Made by a program: the position numbers and the translations under genes
Assembly: GCA_002794465.1 (NCBI GenBank)
Contig: MTSL01000105.1
Location: 46,790-78,789 of the forward strand
DNA length: 32,000 nucleotides
Direction of reading: 5' to 3'
DNA from: Paramicrosporidium saccamoebae KSL3
Lineage: Eukaryota > Fungi > Cryptomycota
The notes under the pieces: model-generated
The model's input: only the letters and a program-made list of their open reading frames with translations
What the model was told of the DNA's origin: nothing
Database searches by the model: none
In this document: positions 11,172 to 21,642 of the stretch, in pieces
Layout: every line of letters begins with the position of its first letter
How positions within the stretch are numbered: position 1 is the first letter of the stretch

Positions 11172-12785
11172 ATGTTCCTTGAACGTCTAATTCCCCGTGT
11201 AGGTTATGTTCGTTTGACATTCAGGGGCGCCCAATTTGCAAGAGCTGTGCCTAGCTCCAGACAATATTCCAGTGATTCACCACCTGTAAAGCCAAGCATC
11301 GCGACGCGCATAAAAGAAGGTGCATTGCATTACTGGCACGGGACAAAGCTCCTTGTATTTGAGACCAGAGTGTCTAGCAAATTACTTTTGAAAGTTCTAC
11401 GAGGTGAAAAGTTGATACGCCGGGAGTATCGGCAATTGCTTCGAACGACAAGCGACTTGATACGTCTGGTGCCTTTTATCATCATGATGATCATTCCGTT
11501 TCTAGAGCTTGCTTTGCCACTATTGCTAAAGTTCTTCCCAAACATGCTTCCCAGCACCTTTGAGGATCGACTACAGAAGGAGGAGAAGATGAAGAAGCAG
11601 CTAAAGGTAAAATTGGAAACTGCTAGATTTCTTCAGGACATGGTGGATAACATGAATGGCCCTGAGACTAGCAAAGTGAAAGATTTGAAAAGCCTATTTG
11701 AAAAGACTCGAACTTCTGGTTCAACCTTGACCACCGTCGAAGTAGTGGAATTGTGCAAACAGCTAAGCGACGAGATTACGCTAGAAAATCTGGCGCGTCC
11801 TCAGTTGATAAGTCTTTGCAAGTACATGTCACTCAACGCCTTTGGGACTGACAACTTTTTACGTTACCAAATCCGTAATGCTGTAGAACGACTTAAGGTC
11901 GATGACAAGATGATTTTTGCCGAGGGAATTGAAAGCCTGACAAGGGATGAGCTCCGAAATGCTTGCCACGCCCGTGGGATACGAACTATGGGGGTTCCTG
12001 AAGAATACATGAGGCGGGAACTAAAGCAGTGGGTCGAGTTGCAGGTGGAACACGCTGTCCCCGCCCCTTTGCTAATTTTATCGCGTGCATTTGCACTATC
12101 CGAGGACATAAAAATGGAAGATGCCCTCCGAGCTGCCATTACATCTCTCCCCGATCCCGTATTGTCAGAGGCTGAAGTGCACGCAGCGGAGAGTTCTAAG
12201 AAATCCTCCGCCTCTGGGAAGATTAAACTAATCGAAGAACAGGAAAGGTTGATCACAGAAGAATTGGAGCAAGAACGCCAGGCAATTGAGTCCAAATCAC
12301 CGAGTGACCTCTCTGAAGCGCAGCTTGATTCTATCTCGGAAGCTGTTGTGACACTGGCCACAGAAGATCCCATGAGCCAAGAGAAGAGGGAGCTTGCTGA
12401 ACTTGTTCAAGAACAGGCGACAAACGAGGCCGAGGCAAAGAAAAGTTTAAATAGTGCAAGCAAAGCCATTGAGAACCAAGTTGGAAAGTTAATCAGAGAC
12501 ATTGATCATGACATTTCCGAGTTTGAATCGGAGATTGGAAAGCGTCTGCAGATTATTTCGCCTTCAAGCGATGGAACAATTTCCGTTGGCCAGTTGCGAG
12601 CTATTATGACAATGGTCAAAAATTCCCCGAAAGATGCCGAGAAAATATCTCAGGCCATCAAAGCATTTGATTCGGATGGTGATGGGAAGATCTTTATTAA
12701 CGATATTTTGAGTGTAGCAGAAGAAGCCGAAGACCGCGAGGGACACGGGTTTATCGTTGACGAAAAGCCTTCAAAATCAAAATAG
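11172..12785 (+). CDS. LETM1: LETM1/Mdm38 mitochondrial inner-membrane protein with a C-terminal EF-hand-like motif
   Basis: LHYWHGTKLL, LIRREYRQLLRTTSDLIRLVPF, LLLKFFPNMLPSTFE, LARPQLISLCKYM, GTDNFLRYQIR and LRNACHARGI. EF-hand-like DSDGDGKI. The first ATG is at 11172 (the track uses GTG 11127). Confidence 0.95.
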   Translation: MFLERLIPRVGYVRLTFRGAQFARAVPSSRQYSSDSPPVKPSIATRIKEGALHYWHGTKLLVFETRVSSKLLLKVLRGEKLIRREYRQLLRTTSDLIRLVPFIIMMIIPFLELALPLLLKFFPNMLPSTFEDRLQKEEKMKKQLKVKLETARFLQDMVDNMNGPETSKVKDLKSLFEKTRTSGSTLTTVEVVELCKQLSDEITLENLARPQLISLCKYMSLNAFGTDNFLRYQIRNAVERLKVDDKMIFAEGIESLTRDELRNACHARGIRTMGVPEEYMRRELKQWVELQVEHAVPAPLLILSRAFALSEDIKMEDALRAAITSLPDPVLSEAEVHAAESSKKSSASGKIKLIEEQERLITEELEQERQAIESKSPSDLSEAQLDSISEAVVTLATEDPMSQEKRELAELVQEQATNEAEAKKSLNSASKAIENQVGKLIRDIDHDISEFESEIGKRLQIISPSSDGTISVGQLRAIMTMVKNSPKDAEKISQAIKAFDSDGDGKIFINDILSVAEEAEDREGHGFIVDEKPSKSK

Positions 12786-12921
12786 AGTATATATTGACGG
12801 CATCACGCTACGTGTTTCTAGAGAACAACACTTATCTATATTACGAGAAACTATATAAACGGTCCAAAGATTCAAATAAAAGGCATAATTCCAACCTCAC
12901 ATACATACATCTTGCGGGAGT

Positions 12922-13732
12922 CTAAAGAAATTCGTTCATCACTATCGCTGGGCTGATTAAATTAGGTTGCCAAAACGACGACAATGAGAAGGACGGAATG
13001 CGAGGTGAATCGAAGTTGGGAAAATCTATGGCAAATTTCCAAGAAGAAAAGTCAGCGAGTGATTCTGGCGACGGAGGTGCAGATGCATTTGGAATGTGAA
13101 TATCTTCTTCAAAATAGGGTAGAACGCTTGGTGAAAAGACTGCCGGCCTCCTGAGAGTGGAGACAGAAAATGCGGGGGCAAAAGTAGGTAGCGCATGGTG
13201 CATGTAAATGACATCCAACAGCTCTTGTTCTGTCTTGATGATATTTTCCAAATCCTCTACCTTAATCTCCAGGTTATAATCAATGCACTGTAATAATTGT
13301 CGTTCCATACAGGTAAGCTCCGTTGCTGAAAACCAAGGCTTCAGCGAAGACGACCAACCATCATTCCTGATAGAGCCATCCTGTAAAAATTTTGTCGAGA
13401 GAAGCAACGAAGTAATAAAGACACGATAAGCAGTCTCCTTATTACCATGTGCCTTGGTAGAGATCCGAGACGCCAGTCTCTCCATATAAACGAGGGAGCC
13501 GAGCGCCGTAATAGGGACTGTCTTAGTTACAGACATCACGTTTCTGAAAAAATCTTTAAAAGCCGGAAATAAGGCTGGACGATCACAGGGATCACTGCGG
13601 CAGGGCACTAGCGCATTCGACCTTCTGCTAATAACGTCTATAGTTGTAAAAAGGGTTCGGATATGTACTATATAGGGCGCTTTCCAGCGATTGCCAAGGG
13701 AGCGTGTAGAATAGGTCTACAAGAAACGACAT
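12922..13732 (-). CDS. Pho85/Pcl-type cyclin (cyclin N domain); join(13669..13732,12922..13637), 259 aa
   Basis: SLVYMERL, YRVFITSLLLSTKFLQD...RN..W and ELTCMERQLLQCIDYNL, followed by a Ser/Pro-rich tail. A 31-nt intron (13638..13668) supplies the ATG exon. Confidence 0.8.
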
Positions 13733-13738
13733 TTCGGG

Positions 13739-13972
13739 TCAAGCAGGCACAAGTTTAAGAGGGAAATATGCCTTGACTGTGGGGACGGTAGACGGTTCGA
13801 GTAGCTCAACAGTCGCGCCCGCTGGATTCCAAACAAGCGAGCCCGGCTTTATGAGCCCAGGGTTAGAGTTCACTTTTCCAAATCTGGCGATCAACCAATC
13901 ATAGGGGGCAAAGCCATTTCGGAATATCCGTGGGCACCCAATCAGAATGGCTAAATTGGCCCCAGAGAACAC
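13739..13972 (-). CDS. Hypothetical ORF, possibly the last exon of an unresolved gene
   Basis: Open frame preceded by a plausible branch/acceptor (CTTAAT...TACTAG at about 13991-14002). No recognisable domain. Confidence 0.2.
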   Translation of the reverse strand: MFSGANLAILIGCPRIFRNGFAPYDWLIARFGKVNSNPGLIKPGSLVWNPAGATVELLEPSTVPTVKAYFPLKLVPA

Positions 13973-14419
13973 ATATGCAGACCAGGGATTCTAGTAATTA
14001 AGGGTCTTTACTTTTCAACCCCACAATCATTCCCGACGCAGTACTAGTCTAAATATGATTTACGTAAGGTGCTACGCTCTAGGCCGGTTAAACAGCCAGT
14101 AATCTCCTCGTGCCCAATTGTGCCTTCAGCTCTAATAACATGATCCCTTTGCACCTTTTACCATGACTTTTCAGTACCTCGTGGGCCGCGTCGGCAATCA
14201 TTTTTAATTTTATATTCTGTCAAGTTCGGATGTATGTAATAGATTGCCGATGTCGCCTTTCCATGTTTTCAATGAAGTCCATCCGAGCCATCAGTCTCAC
14301 CAGTTTGCGCCTGCCATCGCATCTTCACAAAGTCCTTCGGTATGTTCTCTGCGCCATCATGCCATCCAGTCAGCTGATAATGGGTGGCAGTCAATAAATT
14401 GACTTTTTAATTGGTTGCA

Positions 14420-14550
14420 AGAGTCCCTTCTTGCCCGGGACTATTGCTAGTCTCGAATTCCGGCCGCCCATAGCATCTATAAAGTTCCCTCCTATCCGGA
14501 ATATCGCTAGTTTCGAATCCTGGTCATCCATGGTACCTATGGAGTCCCCT
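14420..14550. repeat. Degenerate 60-nt tandem duplication (14441..14490 vs 14501..14550, plus a partial third copy near 14421)
   Basis: Column comparison gives 36/50 identity, and 13 of the 14 mismatches are transitions. Example: ctattgctagtctcgaattc vs atatcgctagtttcgaatcc. Confidence 0.75.
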
Positions 14551-15412
14551 CTTTCCACCTCGCATACACGACTATTTATCTCACAAATTCAAGAATTCAA
14601 GACTTCTGAAGGGTCTCAAGGTACTTTTGTACGCATTTGCTGGTTAATTGGCAGGAAATTTGTTAATGTATTGCGACTCTTCGATATGTTTTATAGAAAT
14701 TGTTGGAATGGTAATGGGATCGGACACGAGAAACAAGTTTATCAACTACAAAATTCAAGACGGTACAGCATCCATTTCAGCTCTATGGTGGAAGATAAAA
14801 GAGGAGGAAGCTATTCAGAACACGCTGCTAAACGGAACACCTGTCTTAGCGCGTGGAAAGTTTACCGTCTTTGATGAGACTCGTCAAATAACGCTTTCTC
14901 AAATCATCCCAATTAGTAGTCCTATCCAGGAGGCCTTTTGGATTACGCAAACTATTGTTCTGCAAAAGACAGTGTACCCTCAAGCTGCCAGGCGTCCCAA
15001 TCCTCTAAAATATCCCCCCATAGCATCGGAACCTCATTTATGGAGTCTTGCCACTAAAGACTTTGGTGGTCAGTTCTGCAAGACTGACATTGCAGATGTT
15101 CTTAAGAGACGAGGCCATCACCTGGATGACCTTGATGGATTAATCACTGAATGGATCAATCTTGGCTTAATTTATTCTGTACCGAATTCACCTTATCGGA
15201 AGATACCGGACCATAACCTAAATAGCATCTTGTATCAAGAGCTCAAGAGATCATCCAGTGCAGTCCACTATCGCTATATTTGGAACCGTCTTCGAACAAT
15301 GGGGTATCAAATATCGCTGAAAGGTGTAGGGCTGTCCTTGGACGCAATTACGAGCACAAAGGGCAGCCGCGTAAGTAGATCCGGACCAGAAACGTTTCTC
15401 TATCAAACGTAG
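14530..15412 (+). CDS. STN1: STN1-like OB-fold protein (CST complex; RPA2 paralogue); join(14530..14620,14655..15412), 282 aa
   Basis: THTRLFISQI...IEIVGMVMG...YKIQDGTASISALWWK...ARGKFTVFDETRQI...EAFW...LQKTVY matches the STN1 OB fold from memory. The C-terminal part looks winged-helix-like. The intron 14621..14654 is 34 nt. Confidence 0.72.
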
Positions 15413-15752
15413 CTCAATATCACTGTCGTGTAGCAGGCCGATCAACACGGAACACGCCAAACGCTTCTGTTGGGCAAGAGGAGAGCTCGTTGATTAACTC
15501 GACAGCCATTTTATAGGCTGCTGATTGGAACCGTTCCTATTAGGAGGCCTTATCTTTTCTGGTGCGCGGTGAACCAATTCGCGCTTAAGGAAGAATAATT
15601 ATATTTAGAGTATGATCAGATGAAAGGTTTTACCTCACAAAAGATATTCTACCGACAAAAACAGCTCTCACTAAGCGTGTGCGATAGTAGTTACTGTACG
15701 TAGGTAGAAGAGTTCCTACGCCACACTTTCTATAAATCTGATACATTACAGT

Positions 15753-17450
15753 CTAGGCTTTCCCTGCTGGATGATCCTGGGCGTAAAAGGCTTCCATTGA
15801 CGTGATGGAAATGGGGTGTGCTATGGGGGTTGCTCCTTGTGTTCTGGCAATTTTTACGTGAACATAGTCACCCACCACAGGGAATCTCATGGTGTTGCTC
15901 ATCAAGTCGAGAGTCGCCTGACGAGGAAAAACGACATTGCGGCCGCCATCGCTCCGACCTGCCAAATCTAGGTTTGACTTTTTGCTGTCACCCTCTACGA
16001 GGACTAGCTCATGCCGGCCTACGCTCTTCTCGACTCGGCTGCCCATGATTTCGTAGAATTTAGCAATAATTTCAGCCAGGCGTCGTTTTTTATCAGCTTC
16101 GGGAACATCATCCTCAAATCTTCTATGAGCCATAGTTTTTTCCCGCATGCTATAAGCAAACATATAGGCCATATCATATCCGACTGTTTCAAGTAATCCC
16201 AAAGTATCTTGGTGATCCGCCTCTGTCTCTCCACAAAACCCAGCAATGAAATCGCTGGACAAAGATACATTTGGTATTATTTCTCGAATATGCTCAACCA
16301 GTTCAATATATGCCTCTCTTGTGTATCCACGTCGCATCCTCTCCAACACTGCAGTGCTTCCACTTTGTGCTGGGAGATGAATCTGCTTGCAAATGTTTGG
16401 ACGATCACGCATCAGGAACAGCAAATCATCAGGAAAGTCCTTTGGGTGAGGCGACGTGAATCTAATTCTCATATTTTTGTCGATTGAAGACACTCTTTCA
16501 AGCAAATCCACAAACCGTTTGCCACCGATCGTGGGTTTGTAGACGGTACGGAAACCACGACTCATCTCTACTGCTACTGAGGGAGTGGATTCCATAATAG
16601 AGAGATCGCAATAGCTATTTACATTTTGCCCAAGTAAGGTAACCTCCTTAAGACCTTCATCGGACAGTCTTTGCACCTCTTCAACAATGGATTCAATTGG
16701 TCTGCTCCTTTCTCTCCCTCTGAAAAGTAAGAACGCACACCACACTGATTACCTCGTAAATGGAACAATGCAGAAGGCACACATGTTGTTACATCCGCGC
16801 ATAATCGAGACAAAGGCAGACTTTTTGCTAGAGTCGGTCCTGACCGGCGCGATGTCAGCATAAGTTTCGTCTGCGGACAGCATGACGTTTATTCCGCTGA
16901 CTCCATCAAAGGCACCTTCCAGTAGCCTTGGGAGGTCGCGGTAGGCATCAGGGCCACATACGAGATCAACATTGCGCCTTTTCTCCAACAGCTCGGATTT
17001 CAATCGTTCCGCCATACAGCCGAGCACTCCCACAGTCAGGCCTCCACGTTTTCGTTTCTCAATTCCGCCTAACGCATCAAGACGAGACCAAATTTTGGCT
17101 TCGGCGTTTTCACGAATTGCACACGTCATCAATAGGACCACATCAGCCTCCTCTACATCTTTGCTGATAGTGTACCTTCCCGATTTTTGCAGTACTCCAA
17201 TAACAATTTCAGTGTCACTAAAGTTCATTTGGCAGCCATAGGTTTCAATGAAGACTCGCTTTGCGGGTCGCGAATCCTGAGCGAAAGCCTGTTCTAAATA
17301 TGGCGGAATAGGGGCGGCCTCTATTGCTTGTGCATCCTTTTTGTGAATGAAATCTTTCAAGTTTTTTAATGCGATCCGGTCATTACTGTGGGTCCTTTTC
17401 AGAAGAAGAGGAAGTCTGCTGGCTATAGGCCTTGCGAAGCCAAGACGCAT
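15753..17450 (-). CDS. CDK5RAP1: Mitochondrial tRNA methylthiotransferase CDK5RAP1/MiaB (UPF0004 + radical SAM + TRAM); join(16753..17450,15753..16719), 554 aa
   Basis: [33 protein letters not shown], radical SAM motif [17 protein letters not shown]|[43 protein letters not shown] and a C-terminal TRAM-like region. Arg-rich, presequence-like start [13 protein letters not shown] at 17450. Confidence 0.95.
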
Positions 17451-17532
17451 TTTTCTGATAAAACATTTTCGTAAACTTTCCGGGCCGTCAATTGGCCATT
17501 TTGAGAAGCTCCACAGTTGGTTGACTCGTGCC

Positions 17533-19581
17533 ATGTTCTCGCTAGAAGTTTTGCGTGAACTTGCACTGTTGCTAACGTACGACCTAATCTGTGGCTTATT
17601 CAAGGTCGGTACTTCAGTCTTCTTTCGCGAAGTCCTGAAGCGCGGCTCTCATCAAATCCCCCCAACGGGTGCAGTCATTTTTGTCGCTGCACCTCACGCC
17701 AACCAGTTTGTTGATCCACTTATTGTGATGCAAACATGTCCGCGGCCTGTGAGGTTTCTGATGGCGGCCTCCTCCATGAGTAAGGGAGTGCCCGGATTCT
17801 TCGGCCGCCTGTTGAGATGTATTCCGGTAGAGCGCGCAACAGATTCAGCAAAACATGGGAGTGGAAAAATCACGCAGGATCACACTGATAAGCTCAAGAT
17901 CCTTGGGATTGGCACAAAATTTACAAAAGAACTCAAGCCTGAATCCACTGCCATTGTAATTATGCTGGGATTGGAGACAATAAGCTCAACAGTCGAAAAG
18001 ATTGAATCTGACACTGTAGTATATTTGAAGAAGCCGCTTGAGCATGGAAAATCTTCTTTCCTCTCAGAACCAACAGAATACTCTGTGCTGCCTGTACTGG
18101 ACCAATCGGAGGTCTATAGCGCCGTTTTTGACGTTCTAGAACGTGGAGAGTGTTTAGGAATATTTCCAGAGGGAGGCTCTCACGATCGGGCCGAGATGCT
18201 TCCATTAAAAGCCGGTGTCACAATAATGGCACTAGGTGCATTGGCACGGAAGCCTGATTTGGAGCTTACAATCGTCCCCTGCGGTCTGAATTACTTTAAT
18301 CCTGACAAGTTTCGATCAAGAGCCATGGTGGAATATGGGGAACCAGTTGTTGTTGACCATGCGTTGGTTGAGCTATTCAAGATGGGCGGAAATCACCGAA
18401 GAGAGGCTTGTGGTAGATTGCTTGAACAGATTTATTACAGTCTTTGCAGTGTCACCGTTAACGTCCCTGATTTTGAGACACTGCAAGTGATGCAAGCCAC
18501 TCGTCGTTTATATCAACCGACTTCGAGAACGCTAAATTCTTTTGAACTGCTCGAGCTGACTCGCCGGTTTGTTAAGGGTTATTTGAAATTTAAAGACGAA
18601 CCTCGAGTTCGAGAACTGCTTAGTGCAATTTTGGAGTACAACAAGCTACTGAGACATTTTTGTCTGTATGATCATCAGGTACGAACTATTGAAATTGGGT
18701 TTGCACGAGCTTCCTTCCTCTTCGTCTCTCAGCTCTTTCGTTTGTGCCTGTTTGGGATTATAGTACTTCCTGGAGTGCTTGTGAACCTCCCTGCAGTATT
18801 AATAATTGATCGAATCAGCAAGAAAAAGGCTGCCATTGCTCTGGCAGCGTCAAATGTAAAATTGAAAGGCCGCGATGTTCTGGCCACTTGGAAATTGATT
18901 GTGGGGTTTGTTCTATTTCCAATACTGTATGCAGTTTATTCCATTCCCTTGATTTATGAATTGAATCTTTCGGGGCTAAGTTTATTGCGTATCGCCTTTT
19001 TCGTATTCTTCTTCTCAGTCTTCACAATGCCTTGGCTTTCTTATTTGACAGTGCTCGTTGCTGAGCGTGGCTACGAAACATATGCATCTATCAGGCCTCT
19101 ATGGTATTCGATTATACATCCCCACTATGGCGAGGTTCTTCGTAGAATGCGTCGACGTCTTCGGAAGGAGATTATCAAGGTTGTTGATGAGTATGGGCCC
19201 AAAATGTTTTATGATTTTGAGTCTCAGCGGATTGTTCCTTCGCGGAGACCAAGTCTTGCCATCGACGAAGACAGCATGTCCACCTCATTAGCCGACACAC
19301 CAATAGAGACACCGAGATCGGATGACGAGATGCATGATCTGGTTCAAAAAGCTCAATCTATATCGCGTACTTCCTCGCCCGCAATGGGTCTCGAGGATGG
19401 GCTAGATTCTGTGATTGCTGGATTCCAGTATATGCGATCTGGGGTTGGATCCGTATTTTCAAATGTAAATAACGAAGAATCTTTAGTCAAAGTTGACGAC
19501 TGGTCGTATGTAGAAGACTTGGAAATTGATGACATTTTCTTTACCGAGGCCACTCTACCCAGCTCAAAAAAGCGACAATAA
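17533..19581 (+). CDS. Fungal-type glycerol-3-phosphate/DHAP O-acyltransferase (Sct1/Gpt2 family), single exon
   Basis: Acyltransferase motifs [26 protein letters not shown] and VPCGLNYF...FRSRA.VEYG, followed by TM helices and an acidic tail. The likely start is ATG 17533. Confidence 0.93.
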   Translation: MFSLEVLRELALLLTYDLICGLFKVGTSVFFREVLKRGSHQIPPTGAVIFVAAPHANQFVDPLIVMQTCPRPVRFLMAASSMSKGVPGFFGRLLRCIPVERATDSAKHGSGKITQDHTDKLKILGIGTKFTKELKPESTAIVIMLGLETISSTVEKIESDTVVYLKKPLEHGKSSFLSEPTEYSVLPVLDQSEVYSAVFDVLERGECLGIFPEGGSHDRAEMLPLKAGVTIMALGALARKPDLELTIVPCGLNYFNPDKFRSRAMVEYGEPVVVDHALVELFKMGGNHRREACGRLLEQIYYSLCSVTVNVPDFETLQVMQATRRLYQPTSRTLNSFELLELTRRFVKGYLKFKDEPRVRELLSAILEYNKLLRHFCLYDHQVRTIEIGFARASFLFVSQLFRLCLFGIIVLPGVLVNLPAVLIIDRISKKKAAIALAASNVKLKGRDVLATWKLIVGFVLFPILYAVYSIPLIYELNLSGLSLLRIAFFVFFFSVFTMPWLSYLTVLVAERGYETYASIRPLWYSIIHPHYGEVLRRMRRRLRKEIIKVVDEYGPKMFYDFESQRIVPSRRPSLAIDEDSMSTSLADTPIETPRSDDEMHDLVQKAQSISRTSSPAMGLEDGLDSVIAGFQYMRSGVGSVFSNVNNEESLVKVDDWSYVEDLEIDDIFFTEATLPSSKKRQ

Positions 19582-19610
19582 AGAGGATTGATCGAGATGT
19601 GTGGGGGTGG

Positions 19611-19653
19611 TGAAATTGTGATGTAGAGGGTTGATTAGTTGGGACTTTGAGGA
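19611..19653 (+). repeat. Dispersed intergenic repeat, copy A
   Basis: tgaaattgtgatgtagagggttgattagttggg is 31/33 identical to 31939..31971. Its tail (tttgagga) matches copy C. Confidence 0.85.
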
Positions 19654-20156
19654 TGGTTCCCTAGTTTGGGGAGGATACCATTGGAACAATAAATGAAAGA
19701 TGAGGCCTATATCTTTATCATTTTTGGAGTACTACGTTACTTGTGAGGCCACAAAGGACTTGCAACTTGATAGTAAAAGAGTTTCCTTGCCTCCCGGACA
19801 AATAGTAGTGACAAAATCCGCGGCACTATCCCCACTATGCGACAAAATGCAAGGTGAAGGATTGGTCAAGGTGTAGAGTAGCTCTTGATTGGAAATTGAC
19901 TATGGCGAGAAACGTTCAATAGTGCCTTTTTAACCTGGCCACATATTAACATCAGCCTCATATCTGTAGATCGGAACACGTATTGGCATCAGGTCCATGT
20001 ATACGGGAATTTGAACGAGCCTCCATCTTGATGTTACTTGACTCTCCAAGTAAAGACGGCCATAAACTTTACTCTTAAACGGTGACAGTCTTAATGAACG
20101 AGGGTCAGCACTGAAAATGTCCATATTGTGGTTAAATCTCCTGTTTATTGCCAAGA

Positions 20157-21257
20157 CTAATCAAGATCTTTAAAAAATCCAGAGGCGGTTGGTTTCCTCT
20201 TTGCAGTTTTTTGTTTCTTGGCTTTCGGCTGTTCTTCGTCACTATCGCTTTCATCAGTGGAATCAGAGTCGGAATCAGATCCTGATTCGCCCTTGCAAGC
20301 GCCATCACTCGTAGCGGCCTCTTCCAAAAGCGATGAGGTAACTCTAACCACGTGGACAGAAGGATCATCAGCAGAAATAGCTAAAATGAAGCCATCTTCA
20401 TCACCACTTTTAATCCAGGCAAGTCTTTCTAGGGAATCTTGTGCGTCGAGCACTTCGATGCCGATTGACAAGGGGGTGGCTCTCAAAATTCTCAATTTGC
20501 CGTCTCCACCAGCGGTGGCTATCATCTTTAACTCTTCATTAAGCATAATAGCGTCATTGATAGAAGAGTAACTATGTAGCTTTGACTTTAGAGTGTCACA
20601 AGGGGCGCCCCAGTAGTTCCACTTGAACAGCTTCAAGGCCCCAAGTGCCGTACCCAAGAGTACTTTTCCACTCACCCCCAATGTAAGAACAGCAGTCACA
20701 TCTTCTTCAAAGTTTTTGCTCACAGCGAGCATCTTTTCTTTCTTTAGGTCAATCACGGACATGGTTCCATCACCACTACCCACAATTAATGTCTTTTTCG
20801 CCGAGACGACTTGCAAGCTGCTAATATAGTCATCGTGGTGATCATACATCTTAGAGATGCTGATGGTGGTTTTCTCAACAAGCGTGCAAACAAAGACATC
20901 GCCGTCATCATTCCCAACGTAAACGTCCTTAGAGCCACCACAGACCAACGCACTAATGCAGCCAAACTCTTCGTCACACTCTAATACCTGGAATCCATCT
21001 TCTGCATCCGCGGTGCCGTCAATAACCGCTATATTTCCCGTGGTGCTTGCAGCAAGTATGAGGTCATCAGCAATAGCAAGTTTTCTAATACTTTTCTTAA
21101 AGGGTCTCCATTTGCCAGTAGCCACAAAAGCTGCCCCGTTTTCTTTGTATTTCAATACAAATCCTCGGGATGTAGCAACCAGAAAGATATTTTCTTCACC
21201 AAGAGTAACAATGTCTGTGGGTACTCCAAGTTTTTCTGGCAGCTCGACCTTGAACAT
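20157..21257 (-). CDS. JIP5: WD40-repeat ribosome-biogenesis protein Jip5/WDR55
   Basis: WD40 repeats including HHDDYISSL and SGDGTMSVIDLKK, FEEDVTAV, an acidic Ser-rich tail, a basic NLS-like patch and terminal FFKDLD*. The first ATG is at 21257. Confidence 0.82.
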   Translation of the reverse strand: MFKVELPEKLGVPTDIVTLGEENIFLVATSRGFVLKYKENGAAFVATGKWRPFKKSIRKLAIADDLILAASTTGNIAVIDGTADAEDGFQVLECDEEFGCISALVCGGSKDVYVGNDDGDVFVCTLVEKTTISISKMYDHHDDYISSLQVVSAKKTLIVGSGDGTMSVIDLKKEKMLAVSKNFEEDVTAVLTLGVSGKVLLGTALGALKLFKWNYWGAPCDTLKSKLHSYSSINDAIMLNEELKMIATAGGDGKLRILRATPLSIGIEVLDAQDSLERLAWIKSGDEDGFILAISADDPSVHVVRVTSSLLEEAATSDGACKGESGSDSDSDSTDESDSDEEQPKAKKQKTAKRKPTASGFFKDLD

Positions 21258-21311
21258 CGTGATACTACTGAACACTACTGAGCGGTCAACCCTTGCTGCG
21301 CTCTCTCAAGA

Positions 21312-21572
21312 ATGGCCAAGAAGGTGCCCATGCGGCTCAAGTATCTTCGGGTAAACCCACAGACTGTCAACCAGAAAACGTCTAAGCTATGTTCAGACGA
21401 AATTAACGCCCTGCTTGCGTGTTGGCGCATGAGCGGAGTGGATGCAACAGCATGCCTTGGCAGCGTCGCTGCTCTGGCTGCGTGTAGCTCCGCCAAGTCA
21501 AAAGTTGCCTCCACATCACAGCCAAAATCATCCATTAACTTTGTCCTTCAGAGAATGTTCCAAACTCGCTAG
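21312..21572 (+). CDS. MRP10: Mitochondrial small-subunit ribosomal protein mS37 (Mrp10/CHCHD1), twin CX9C
   Basis: Basic N-terminus (RLKYLRVNP), C-x9-C-x10-C-x9-C (CSDEINALLACWRMSGVDATACLGSVAALAAC) and C-terminal SINFVLQRM. Confidence 0.85.
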   Translation: MAKKVPMRLKYLRVNPQTVNQKTSKLCSDEINALLACWRMSGVDATACLGSVAALAACSSAKSKVASTSQPKSSINFVLQRMFQTR

Positions 21573-21642
21573 TGTTAAATATATATTGTGGATCAGAGAT
21601 AAAAAGTCTATTGTGAGAAAAGTATATAATGGACCAGATCCC

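Noticed and set aside
13790-13815. GGTTCGA followed by TAGCTCAA (tRNA-like boxes)
   Set aside because: The boxes are in the wrong order and spacing, and no acceptor stem forms.
14050-14160. Minus-strand peptide EGTIGHEEITGCLTGLERS resembling COX5B/Cox4 (TGLER)
   Set aside because: No downstream Zn-binding Cys motifs can be recovered in any frame, so the similarity is too short to support a call.
14505-14525. tRNA T-loop/B-box-like GTTTCGAATCC
   Set aside because: There is no A-box or cloverleaf and the stem is imperfect. It is part of the 60-nt tandem duplication.
15413-15752. Several small hairpins in the STN1-CDK5RAP1 convergent spacer as an ncRNA
   Set aside because: The stems are only 4-6 bp, and no snRNA, snoRNA box or RNase P/MRP motif is recognisable. 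An Rfam scan would be needed.
17347-17603. Apparent 257-nt antisense overlap of the CDK5RAP1 and GPAT ORFs
   Set aside because: Both track ORFs are extended to the most upstream start. Homology and presequence character begin at ATG 17450 (-) and ATG 17533 (+), which leaves an 82-nt non-overlapping spacer.
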